Below are positions 1-10,200 of a stretch of 56,163 nucleotides of DNA, one piece after another. Both the position numbers and the translations under genes were made by a program. The first letter of the stretch is position 1. Each line of letters opens with the position of its first letter. The stretch spans positions 1-56,163 of the forward strand of contig JADHNX010000001.1 of NCBI GenBank assembly GCA_016779365.1, read 5' to 3'. The stretch comes from Planctomycetaceae bacterium. GTDB lineage: Bacteria; Planctomycetota; Planctomycetia; Planctomycetales; Planctomycetaceae. Below the pieces are notes generated by a model. The model was not told where the DNA came from and did no database searches. It saw nothing but the letters and a program-made list of their open reading frames with translations.

Positions 1-2814
1 CGCGGTTTGTGGGAACGTGACGGCCAGCTTCTCGCTCTCGCCAGCCATTTCAACGCACCGGGGTACGATGGTCCTGGGCTGAGCCTGGAGGCCTTTCGTT
101 GGGAAGGCACGAAATGGGTCGCCCACGGAACGGTCCTTGACGACTCCATGAACAACTTTCCCCCGAAGCGTCTTCCGTCGGGGGAGTGGATGATGACGCG
201 TCGCGATCATCAGCGACAGGTGTCCGTCATGATCGGCGGAACGAAGGCTTTTGATGACTGGCGCATCAATCCGCTCGCCGCGTACGACGGGAACGGCCGC
301 CCCGAGGAGCCGTACTGGTACATCCTTCCCGATGAGAAAACGATTGTCGGCCTGATTCGTGACAATGGCGGCTCGAAGTTCCTGCTTCGCACCTTCTCCC
401 GAGACAACGGCCAGGCCTGGAGCAAGATTCACCGCACCAATTTCCCGGACGCCACCAGCAAGTTCTTCGTGCATCGCACCAGCCGCGGCTATTACGTGAC
501 GGTGTCCAACTCGAATCCTCGCCGGCGCGATCCGCTGACGTTGGCCATCAGCCAGGACGGGCTCGTCTTTACCAAACTCTTCTGGCTGATCGGCGGACGT
601 CACGTCGACTACCCCCACATCATCGAGCACGACGGACATCTGCTGATCGCCTTCTCTGGAGCCAAGCAAACGATGGAGGTCATGAAGGTGTCGCTTGACG
701 AACTGGAGCGTCTGGCGATGCCGGAGTCGGTGGAACTCGCCCAACATCTTCCGCCTGTCAAACAGACTCCTCAGCAACCGCCGCGACAGACGCACTGGAT
801 CGATCTTGGGGACGAAGGTAAGACAATTTACGCCGCTGGGGAGTTGGTTGTTCCTGAACTCAGCCAACGAGCCTCATTTTCACTGGCCACCGCCAGCGGC
901 GCGGAGCGTGTTGCTATTGGGATCGATGAAAAAGGACGCCTTACTGCGCAGCTCTACAAGGAGACGGTGACCGGCCTGAAGCTGGAGCCCGGCAGTCGGC
1001 ATTCCGTTCTAGTTCGTGTCCACAGCCATCGCGAGAAGCCGGACGAACTGTTCGTGGGGCTCGGATCGCCAGGCAAAATCCCCGCCGAACCGGAAAACTG
1101 GAGGTTGTCCAACACGAAAGGGAGCAGCGATGCCAATCTGTCCCGAGTCGTTCTGCACAGTGACGCCGACGATTCCGCCGGATTTAAAGAAGTACGTGTC
1201 GCGCCGACTCGCGAAACTCTGGCGAATGCAAAAGTCATCGCTGGGGAAGCGGAAGACGCGGATGTTGTCGTTTATGGCGGCACACCTGGCGGTCTCGCGT
1301 CGGCTCTTGCCGCTGCGCGCCTAGGTAGTCGAGTGATTCTCGTGGAACCGAACCTTCACATTGGCGGAATGACCACCAGCGGGCTTGGAAAAAGCGACAT
1401 CGAGAACCGCGCGATGATCGGTGGTATTTTCCGAGAGTTTGTAAACGCGCAGCTCCAACACTACCTCAAGACTTACGGTCCCGAACACGAGAACATCAAA
1501 CTCTGTCGCGACGGTTATTACTCCGAGCCTTCCGTTTCTGAAGCTGTTTTCGAGGCGATGCTGGCTAATGAGAGTGACCGCATCACCGTGCTGAAACGCT
1601 GGCATCTCGCCGACGCCCACACGTCGGATGACACGCTCAAATCGATCACGATCCTGCGAAAAGAGGACGGCTCATCGCGGCGGATCCAGGGTAAGGTCTT
1701 TATCGATGCCACCTACGAAGGCGACCTTTACGCCGCCGCTGGAGCCGCATACCGACTCGGCCGTGAGTCGCGTGACGATTTCGATGAACCTCATGCGGGC
1801 GTAATCTATTTCGATTACCAGGAAAAGAAGTTTCTGCCGGGCACGACCGGCGAATCCAGCAAGAACCTGCCGGCGTTCACCTATCGGCTCTGCCTGACCA
1901 AAGATCCGCAGAACAGCCACAAGCTCACCCAACCGCCACCGGGTTATGACCGCAGAGTTTATCTCGGCTACTTCGACGATCTGAAAGCCGGGCGTCTCTC
2001 GGGGCCCAAGGTTCTTAAACCCGGCCGCGGCTATAACCCGCTGCATTTCGACACGCTGGTTCGCGCCCTTTCGGTCACCGATATCCCGAACAAGAAAACC
2101 GACGTCAACATGAATCCTCGCCCGCTCGGTTTCCCGTTTACCGAGGAGAATCGCGGCTACATCGAAGGCGACGAAGCGACCCGGGACAAGATCCGCGCGC
2201 GAATCCGGAACCTGACCCTCGGCCTGATTTGGTTTCTCCAGAACGACTCTGAAGTCCCCGTGGAGCATCGAAAGCTTGCCAACGAATTACATTTTCCAAA
2301 GGACGAATTCACGGACGACGAAAAGCATTTTCCTTTCCAACTCTATGTGCGTGAAGGACGGCGTCTGGTCGGGGAGATCACGCTGACCGAACATCACATC
2401 ACCGGCAAAGGCGAGGCGATCACGCATCATCCCGATACGATCGCCATCGGTGAGTTTCCGATCGACAGTTTTCCCTGTCGCAAACGCCAACCCGGCGACA
2501 CAGTTGTGCTGGAGGGCTACCTCGGCATGTTGGATCACATCACCCGGCCCTACGAGATTCCCTACCGCGTCATGATCCCGAAGAAGATCGACGGGCTCAT
2601 TGTTCCCGTCGCGGCCAGCACGACTCACGTCGCCTTTTCCAGTATCCGCATGGAGCCAACCTGGATGGCGCTCGGCCAGGCCGCTGGAACGGCCGCCCAT
2701 CTCGCTATCGAAGCAAGAGTCCCGCCCCGGAATGTCCCCATCAAACCACTGCAGGCGACCCTGCGCAAAAGCGGTCAGGTCATCAGCCACGCCGCCGTCG
2801 CGAAGACGGAATGA
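1..2814 (+). CDS. BNR/sialidase-like propeller fused to a C-terminal FAD-dependent-oxidoreductase-like domain; 5' end probably off-window
   Basis: The frame is open from nt 1. Asp box SRDNGQAW. Rossmann motif DVVVYGGTPGGLASALAAARLGSRVILVEPNLHIGGMTTSGLG. FIDATYEGDL and the C-terminal IPYRVMIP..THVAFSSIRMEP block are shared with three other FAD-type domains in this window. Confidence 0.7.
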   Translation, partial: RGLWERDGQLLALASHFNAPGYDGPGLSLEAFRWEGTKWVAHGTVLDDSMNNFPPKRLPSGEWMMTRRDHQRQVSVMIGGTKAFDDWRINPLAAYDGNGRPEEPYWYILPDEKTIVGLIRDNGGSKFLLRTFSRDNGQAWSKIHRTNFPDATSKFFVHRTSRGYYVTVSNSNPRRRDPLTLAISQDGLVFTKLFWLIGGRHVDYPHIIEHDGHLLIAFSGAKQTMEVMKVSLDELERLAMPESVELAQHLPPVKQTPQQPPRQTHWIDLGDEGKTIYAAGELVVPELSQRASFSLATASGAERVAIGIDEKGRLTAQLYKETVTGLKLEPGSRHSVLVRVHSHREKPDELFVGLGSPGKIPAEPENWRLSNTKGSSDANLSRVVLHSDADDSAGFKEVRVAPTRETLANAKVIAGEAEDADVVVYGGTPGGLASALAAARLGSRVILVEPNLHIGGMTTSGLGKSDIENRAMIGGIFREFVNAQLQHYLKTYGPEHENIKLCRDGYYSEPSVSEAVFEAMLANESDRITVLKRWHLADAHTSDDTLKSITILRKEDGSSRRIQGKVFIDATYEGDLYAAAGAAYRLGRESRDDFDEPHAGVIYFDYQEKKFLPGTTGESSKNLPAFTYRLCLTKDPQNSHKLTQPPPGYDRRVYLGYFDDLKAGRLSGPKVLKPGRGYNPLHFDTLVRALSVTDIPNKKTDVNMNPRPLGFPFTEENRGYIEGDEATRDKIRARIRNLTLGLIWFLQNDSEVPVEHRKLANELHFPKDEFTDDEKHFPFQLYVREGRRLVGEITLTEHHITGKGEAITHHPDTIAIGEFPIDSFPCRKRQPGDTVVLEGYLGMLDHITRPYEIPYRVMIPKKIDGLIVPVAASTTHVAFSSIRMEPTWMALGQAAGTAAHLAIEARVPPRNVPIKPLQATLRKSGQVISHAAVAKTE

Positions 2815-2832
2815 CGCGACTAGAATGAGACG

Positions 2833-5595
2833 ATGATGAGAGCGATAGTTCACAACCCGTTACGTTATTTCCTGTCCACGATTGCATATACCGTCCTCGT
2901 TGTTGCGGCAGCCAGTGCGGATACCGGGCGGACGTTTGAAGCGGACGTGCGACTGATCCTCAAAGCCCATTGCTTTCACTGCCACGGGGAAGAGGGAAAG
3001 TCCGAAGGGAATCTCGACGTCCGACTCGTTCGGTTGCTCGTGAGGGGAGGCGATTCGGGACCGGCTGTGGTGGCGGGGAAAGCCGGGCAGAGCTATCTGA
3101 TCGAACGCCTCGAAAGCGGTGAGATGCCGCCGGGTGAAACGAAAGTTTCGGCGAGAGAACTGCGCGTGATCCGTGAGTGGATTGATCAGGGGGCTCGCAC
3201 GGCGCGTCCTGAGCCGGCCAATGCAGATCAACTGGCCTTCACCGAGGAAGAGCGGGCGTTCTGGTCATTCCAACCGGTTCTCGCCCCGCCGGTTCCCAGT
3301 GTCAAAGCGGCGGATCGAGTGCGCACACCGGTCGATGCGTTTGTGCTGGCGCGGCTTGATCAGGTCGCGGCCGAGACATCGTCTTCGCTCAGCTTATCAC
3401 CGGACGCCGATAAGGTGACTCTGATTCGGCGGGCTTACTTCGATCTGCTCGGGCAGCCGCCGTCTCCGGAGGAGGTCGATGCATTTCTGGCGGATGATGA
3501 TCCGCAGGCGTGGTCACGGCTGCTCGACCGGCTGCTTGATTCGGAACACTACGGCGAACGTTGGGCTCGGCACTGGCTGGACGTGGCCGGGTACGCCGAC
3601 AGCGATGGCTACAGCGAGCAGGACCGCGTCCGCGAATCGGCGTGGAAGTACCGCGACTACGTCATCCGTTCGCTGAATGCGGATAAGCCGTTCGATCAGT
3701 TTCTCGTCGAACAACTGGCCGGGGACGAACTGGTCGCGGGTGGGCTGGAGTCGTTTAACGGCAAGCCGAAGGCGGCTGCGTCCGGATCGTCGAAACGAAA
3801 CACCAACGCCTCCGTCTCGCCGTTGAACGAACGATTCCGCAATCTTTCGGAAGCCGACAAGGACCGGCTGATTGCGACCGGTTTTCTCCGTAACGCGCCG
3901 GACGGGACGGCCGATCGCGCCGTCGATCAGAACGTTGCCCGTAACGAAGTTTTGGCCGACACGATCAACATTGTTTCGACGTCGCTGCTGGGGCTGTCGG
4001 TTGGCTGTGCCCGATGCCACAGCCACCGGTTCGACCCGATCAGCCACGAAGACTATCACCGGATCCGGGCGATCTTCGAGCCGGCGTATGACTGGAAGAA
4101 CTGGCTTTTGCCGGAAGCCCGCCGACTCTCGTTGTGGAGTGATGCGGAACGTCAACTGGCCGAGGAAGTTGACGCCGAACTGGCGCAAGCGGCGGACGAA
4201 CGCAAGGAGCAGTTGAAGCAGCATCGATCCGATGTGCTGGGCATGGAGCTGGCCAAACTGCCGGCCGATGTCCAGACGCAGGCGGAACTCATTCGTGACG
4301 CCGTGCTGAACCGGTCAAGCAGAGACCGCACGCCGGAACAGGCTTCGATCCTGACGAAGTATCCGAAGCTGGACGTCGGCATCGGCACGCTCGCTCAGGC
4401 TCATAAGGAGCGTTACCAGACGGAACTCAAGGAATACAACGAACGCGTCGCGGAAATCACCGCACGACGGCCTAAGGACAATTTCGTCCGGGCGCTGTTC
4501 GAGCCCCCTGGCAACGTGCCCGTCACGCATCTCTTCCGTCGAGGCAGCCACACGCAGCCGGGCGAGGAAGTTCTGCCGGGTGAGTTGTCGGTGCTGACAC
4601 GCGGCGACGAGTCGGTTGTGCCGGCTAATGATCCGGGTCTGGAAACGACCGGCCGACGGCTCGCGTATGCCCGACATCTCACCGATGGAAAACATCCACT
4701 GACGGCGCGTGTGCTGGTCAACCGCATCTGGATGCATCACTTCGGACGCGGCATTGTGGGAACACCGAGCGACTTCGGTTCGCAGGGCGAGCGGCCGACG
4801 CATCCGGAACTGCTCGACTGGCTGGCCGATCATTTCGTCAAAAGCGGCTGGCGACTGAAAGAGCTGCACAAGCTGCTCATGATGTCGACCGTTTATCGGC
4901 AGTCCTCCAAACGGACCGAGATGCTCGACGCCGTCGATCCCGACAATCGGCTGCTCGGCCGGATGAATCTGCGGCGACTTGATGCCGAGACGATTCGTGA
5001 TACGGTGCTTGCCGTTTCGGGAAATCTCAACCGGGAGCTGTACGGTCCGCCGCTGCCGGTGACGGCCGATGGGGTCGGGCAAGTGGTCATCGGAACGCCG
5101 AAGAACGACCGCGAAGGGCGAGTCATTGCGTTGAAGGGAGACGCCGCCTTCCGCCGCAGCATCTACGTGCAGGCTCGACGAACGCTCAAGCTGGGTATGC
5201 TCGATGCGTTCGACGCTCCAACGATGACGCCCAACTGCGGGCAGCGGACATCGTCGACGGTCGCCAGCCAGTCGTTGCTGTTCATGAACAATGCGGAGTT
5301 GTTGAAGCAGGCAGAGATCTTCGCCGAGCGAGTCGTGAAGGACGCCGGCAGCGACGCCTCGGCGCAGATTCGACGAGCGTGGCGATTGGCGTTGTCGAGC
5401 GAACCAACCGCGGACCAGACGGAGCGCAGCGTCGCGTTTCTCGCGGCACAAACAGACTTCGCCGCGCAGCGAATCCGCGAACTGACGCCCGAGGAAACAA
5501 AGCAAGTCCGGTACGCCGAACAACCCGAGAAACAGGCGCTGGCGACATACTGCCAGTTCCTGCTGAGCAACAACGCGTTCTTATATGTGGACTGA
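2833..5595 (+). CDS. Planctomycete cytochrome-c (PSCyt) / DUF1549 / DUF1553 protein
   Basis: Signal-like N-terminus. CFHCHG heme-c motif (nt 2971-2985). DUF1549-type [33 protein letters not shown]. DUF1553-type [24 protein letters not shown]. Followed by its usual DUF1501 partner. Confidence 0.85.
   Translation: [920 protein letters not shown]
3752..3829. repeat. Degenerate in-frame copy (78 nt, 26 codons) of the cgtttaacggcaagccg... palindromic element inside the DUF1549/DUF1553 ORF
   Basis: The left end cgtttaacggcaagccgaaggcgg and right end ccgtctcgccgttgaacg resemble the intergenic copies at 5599 and 7174. The peptide SFNGKPKAA... matches the SFNGKPQAT read-through of those copies. The paralogue at 44868-47924 lacks about 30 aa at exactly this position. 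Confidence 0.7.
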
Positions 5596-5598
5596 CCT

Positions 5599-5672
5599 CG
5601 TTTAACGGCAAGCCGCAGGCGACGGTGTTTCCGACATACTGGACGCAGTCCCCTGCGGCTAGCCGTTAAACG
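5599..5672. repeat. REP-like palindromic element, family A, copy 1 (intergenic)
   Basis: Left arm cgtttaacggcaagccgcagg (5599-5619) pairs with right arm cctgcggctagccgttaaacg (5652-5672). It lies 4 nt after the stop at 5595 and may also act as a terminator hairpin. Confidence 0.8.
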
Positions 5673-5696
5673 AATCACCTCTTACCGATAACAACC

Positions 5697-7160
5697 ATGC
5701 AACACGACATTCCAACAACAATCTCCCGACGCACTTTCCTCTCCTCCCAGACCATGGGGCTGGGCGGGCTTGCGGCGACGTGGCTGCTGGCCAATGACGG
5801 CTTCGCGGCAGATCCGGTCAAGCCAGCGCTGGAGCGGCCGACGTTCGACCTCACGCCGAAACGCCCGGCCGCTGAGCCTTCCGCCCGGGCCATGATCTCG
5901 ATCTTTACCAGCGGAGGACCAAGTCAGATCGACCTGTTCGATCCCAAGCCCGAGGTCGATCGCCGCAACGGTACGAAGTACACAGGCGACCTGGATTTCG
6001 ATTCGTCGGCCATGATGGCGCGGAACAGCCGCGAGCTGCTGGGCAGCAAGTGGAAGTTTCGGCATTACGGCGAAAGCGGCATCGAGATGAGCGAACTGCT
6101 GCCGCATATCGGCAGCATCGCCGATGACATGACGCTGATTCGTTCGATGCAAACGGGCAACAGTTCGCACGTCCCGGCACTCCACCTCATCAACACCGGT
6201 CGGCCGCTGGCCGGTCGGCCGTCTCTCGGAAGCTGGATCACTTACGCACTGGGCACGGAGAACCAGAACCTGCCGGCATTCGTCGTGCTGACGGAGGAAG
6301 GCGGATTGCCGGTCAACCGCGAGGCCAACTGGTCGAACGGATTCATCCCGTCCCTGTATCAGGGCACGGTGGCCCGCCCGCGCGAACCTCGCATCCTCAA
6401 TCTCGACGCCCCGCCGCATCTTCGCGGGCGAGGGCAACGGGAATGGCTGGCCTTCCTGAACGAGTTCAATCGCGAGCACTTGAAGCAGCATCCGGGCGAG
6501 ACCGATCTCGAAGCCCGCATCGCCAGCTACGAACTCGCCGCCCGCATGCAGGTGGCGGCGAAAGAAGCGTTCGACGTTTCGGACGAAACCGAAGCCACAC
6601 AGAAGCTTTACGGGCTGGATCAGGAAGAGACCCGCGAATTTGGAACCCGCTGCCTGATCGCTCGCCGGCTGGTCGAACGCGGTGTCCGCTTCGTGCAGCT
6701 CCACAACGCGTACCAGCTTTGGGACCATCACGCAGACATCCACGGACGCCTGCCGGAAATGTGCCGCAAGACGGATCAGCCCTCCGCCGCGCTGGTCAAG
6801 GATCTGAAGTCGCGCGGATTGCTCGACACCACGCTGGTCCACTGGGGCGGCGAGATGGGCCGTCTTCCAATCATCGAAACGCAAAAGCCCATCGGCCGCG
6901 ACCACAACCCGAACGGCTTCACCATGTGGCTCGCCGGCGGCGGCGTGAAAGGTGGCCACATCCACGGCGAGACGGACGAACTGGGCTTCCGTGCGATCGC
7001 CGATCCGGTCACGCACGTCGACTACCACGCCACGCTGCTGCATTTGTTCGGTCTCGATCATCGCGAAGTGGTCTTCGAGCGATCCACGCGAAAGGAATCC
7101 CTCACTGACGGCCAGCCCGCGATGATCGTCAACGGGATTCTGAAGAACCGGATCGCCTGA
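5697..7160 (+). CDS. DUF1501 (sulfatase-fold) protein with Tat-type signal
   Basis: SRRTFL twin-Arg N-terminus. FTSGGPSQIDLFDPKPE. GGEMGRLP..GRDHNPNGFTMWLAGGGVKGG..GETDELG. These are typical DUF1501 blocks. Confidence 0.85.
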   Translation: MQHDIPTTISRRTFLSSQTMGLGGLAATWLLANDGFAADPVKPALERPTFDLTPKRPAAEPSARAMISIFTSGGPSQIDLFDPKPEVDRRNGTKYTGDLDFDSSAMMARNSRELLGSKWKFRHYGESGIEMSELLPHIGSIADDMTLIRSMQTGNSSHVPALHLINTGRPLAGRPSLGSWITYALGTENQNLPAFVVLTEEGGLPVNREANWSNGFIPSLYQGTVARPREPRILNLDAPPHLRGRGQREWLAFLNEFNREHLKQHPGETDLEARIASYELAARMQVAAKEAFDVSDETEATQKLYGLDQEETREFGTRCLIARRLVERGVRFVQLHNAYQLWDHHADIHGRLPEMCRKTDQPSAALVKDLKSRGLLDTTLVHWGGEMGRLPIIETQKPIGRDHNPNGFTMWLAGGGVKGGHIHGETDELGFRAIADPVTHVDYHATLLHLFGLDHREVVFERSTRKESLTDGQPAMIVNGILKNRIA

Positions 7161-7173
7161 CCCGCCGAGGATT

Positions 7174-7251
7174 CGTTTAACGGCAAGCCGCAGGCGACGG
7201 TGGTTCGTCGAGACACTTCGGACACGGTCGCCTGCGGCTTGCCGTTAAACG
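7174..7251. repeat. REP-like palindromic element, family A, copy 2 (intergenic)
   Basis: Left arm cgtttaacggcaagccgcaggcgacgg (7174-7200) pairs with right arm cggtcgcctgcggcttgccgttaaacg (7225-7251). The arms are 27 nt with 1 mismatch. Confidence 0.85.
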
Positions 7252-7292
7252 AGTCGATTCTAAGCCACATAGCACCCAACTGAATCCCTGAA

Positions 7293-10200
7293 ATGAAGAC
7301 ACTCCTGAAATCGCTGCTTCTGTTTGTTTTGTGCTGTGCATCCGCATCCGCCGTCGAAAAGACCGATCTCTTTGAAGCGGGCAACGAGGGTTACGCGCTC
7401 TACCGGATTCCCGGGATCGTGGTAACCACACAGGGAACGGTTCTGGCTTACTGTGAGGCGCGAAAGAGTGACCGTGGCGATTGGGGACCGATCGACGTGC
7501 TGATGCGGCGGAGCACGGATGGCGGGAAGACATGGGGGCCGCGACAGAAGATCGTCCACGTCGAAGGCGATCTGCCAATCAATCCGCTGGCGGCCGCGCA
7601 GAATCTGGACAAGCCCGGCGACAACACGGTCAACAATCCGGTCGCAATCGTCGACCACGAGACCGGGGCAGTGCATTTTCTGTACTGTCTGGAATACATG
7701 CGCTGTTTCTCCATGCGCAGTGATGACGACGGCGAGACGTGGACTGAGCCGATTGAGATCACAAAGACGTTCGAGGACTTTCGTTCCGATTACGACTGGA
7801 AGGTGCTGGCGACCGGGCCGTCTCACGCGATCCAGCTCACTCACGGACCGAAGCGAGGGCGGCTGGTTGTGCCGGTCTGGCTTTCTTTAGGAACGGGCGG
7901 CCACGCGCATCGACCGTCGGTGACGGCGACGATCTACAGTGACGATCACGGGAAAACATGGCAACGCGGCGACATCGCTGTACCGGACACGCCGGAGTTC
8001 ATTTATCCGAACGAAACCGTGGTCGTGCAGCTTTCCGATGGGCGAGTGATGCTGAATACGCGCAGCGAATCGAAGGCGCACCGCCGGCTGGTCACGATCA
8101 GTCCCGACGGAGCCACGGTTTGGTCCCAGCCGCGCTTCGACGAGCAACTGCTGGAGCCGATCTGCATGGCGGGCATCGTTCGCGTGCGGATGCCAAACGG
8201 TGACAAACCCGGTGTGCTCGCGTTTTCCAATCCGCACAATCTGAGCCGCGCCGACGGTAAAGAGACGCCCGGCAAGAGTCGCGATCGCAAAAACGTGACG
8301 ATCAAGCTGAGCGATGACGAAGGCCGGACGTGGTCCGCCAGCCGCACGCTCGAGCCCGGTTTCAGCGGCTACAGCGATCTGGCATCGCTGCCCGACGGCA
8401 CGATTCTGTGCTTCTACGAACGCGGCAGCATCGACGGCAAGAATCACTACCGCACCGGTCGGTTGACGGTCGCTCGCCTGACCGAGGACTGGGTGCGTGA
8501 TGGAATCGAAACGGATGTCTGCGTCTACGGCGGTACGTCAGGTGGGGTTGTCGCGGCCGTGCAGGCGGCGCGGATGGGAAAGCGCGTGGTGTTGGTAGAG
8601 CCGGGTCGGCATCTCGGCGGGATGACTTCCGGTGGGCTGAGCGCGGTGGACATCGGCGACCCGCGCAGCGTCGGCGGGATCGCCCGCGAGTATTTCTCGC
8701 GGCTGGTCGCCAGCTACGCCAAGACGTTGAACTGGGACCAGCCGTTCAACAGCAAGGGAGGTCCGGCGACCGGCGGGGCGTATTCGATCGAGCCGCATGT
8801 CGCGGAGCGCGTCTTTGAAGAAATGGCTCGCGAAGCCGGAGTCGTCGTGCTGCGTGAAGCACGCCTCGCGTCGGTGAAGAAGGAGGGCACTCGCATCGCG
8901 GAACTGACGACCGACGATGGTCGCACGGTGCGGGCGAAGGTGTTTCTCGACACGACCTACGAAGGCGACCTGCTGGCAGTAGCCGGGGTCAGCTACACGG
9001 TGATGCGCGAGGGCAACGCCCAATATGGCGAGACCTACAACGGCATCCACTACGCCGAAAACTACAAGCCGCGCGTCAATCATCAGCAGCCGGGCCCCAA
9101 CGGACGCGTGCCGGGCGGTCAGGGCGTGTGGGATCGAGACTTTCCGCTCGATCCGTATGTCGTGAAGGGCGATCCAACCAGCGGGCTGCTGCCGCTGATC
9201 AGCGAAGGCGATCCCGGCAAACCGGGTGATCCGGCGCCGGGCGTGATGGCGTATTGTTTTCGCCTCTGCCTCAGCACAGCCGACGACCGTCTGCCCATCG
9301 AACCTCCGTCGGACTACGACCCGAAAGACTACGAGTTGGTCGCCCGCTTCATCGCCGCCTGTCAGGAGAACGGCGACGACATGGACCTGCGCTGGTTCAG
9401 CAAGCATGATCCCCTGCCCAACCAGAAATGGGATTTCAACACCGCGACGTTCGGCGGCAACCTGCCCGGTGCGAGTTGGGAGTGGCCGGAGGCGAGCTAT
9501 GATCGTCGCGCCGACATCGCGAAGGAGATCGAGAACTATCATCGCGGTTTGCTGCACTTCCTCGCCACCGACCCGCGCGTGCCAGAGAAGGTACGAACCG
9601 ACATGGCTCGATTCGGATTGCCACGCGACGAGTTCACCGACAACGGCGGTTGGCCGCATCAGATTTACGTACGCGAAGGCCGCCGCATGGTCAGCGATCT
9701 GGTCCTCACCGAACACCATACCTTCGGTCGCAAAATCGCACCCGACTCAATCGGCCTCGGTTCATACGGCACCGACATTCACGAGATCCGCCGCATCGTG
9801 AAGGACGGCGTCGTCATCCGCGAAGGCAAGGTCGCTGGCGGGCGCGGCGGGTTCGGCCCGTACCAGATCGGCTACGGAGCCATCGTTCCGAAGCAGTCCG
9901 AATGCGAGAATCTGTTCGCGACGTTCGCGCTGTCCGCGAGCCACTCGGCCTTCGCCAGTATTCGCATGGAGCCGGTCTTCATGGTGACGAGCCAGTCCGC
10001 GGCGACGGCGGCGTGCCTCGCGATTGACGACGAAGTTGCTGTTCAGGAAGTCGATTACGAAAAGCTGAAGACCCGCCTGTTGGCCGACGAACAGGTTTTG
10101 TCATGGCCACCCGCGGGCGCCGCCACGTCAGCAGTCGCGCCACGGACAATCATTCGCGCAGACAGCCTGCCGGGAATCGTTCTGGATGATGACGAGGCTG

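Noticed and set aside
4315-5523. 402-aa minus-strand ORF. The same applies to the ORFs at 8538-9719, 23898-25034, 29327-30340, 34675-35520, 36183-37109, 40960-41811 and 42221-43030.
   Set aside because: All lie entirely inside well-supported plus-strand genes. Their sequences are low-complexity and Arg-rich. They are treated as GC-driven shadow ORFs.
5682-7061. 459-aa ORF on the minus strand, antisense to the DUF1501 gene
   Set aside because: The translation is Arg/Ala/Gly-rich with no motif, as expected for antisense frames in GC-rich DNA. The sense strand carries clear DUF1501 blocks.
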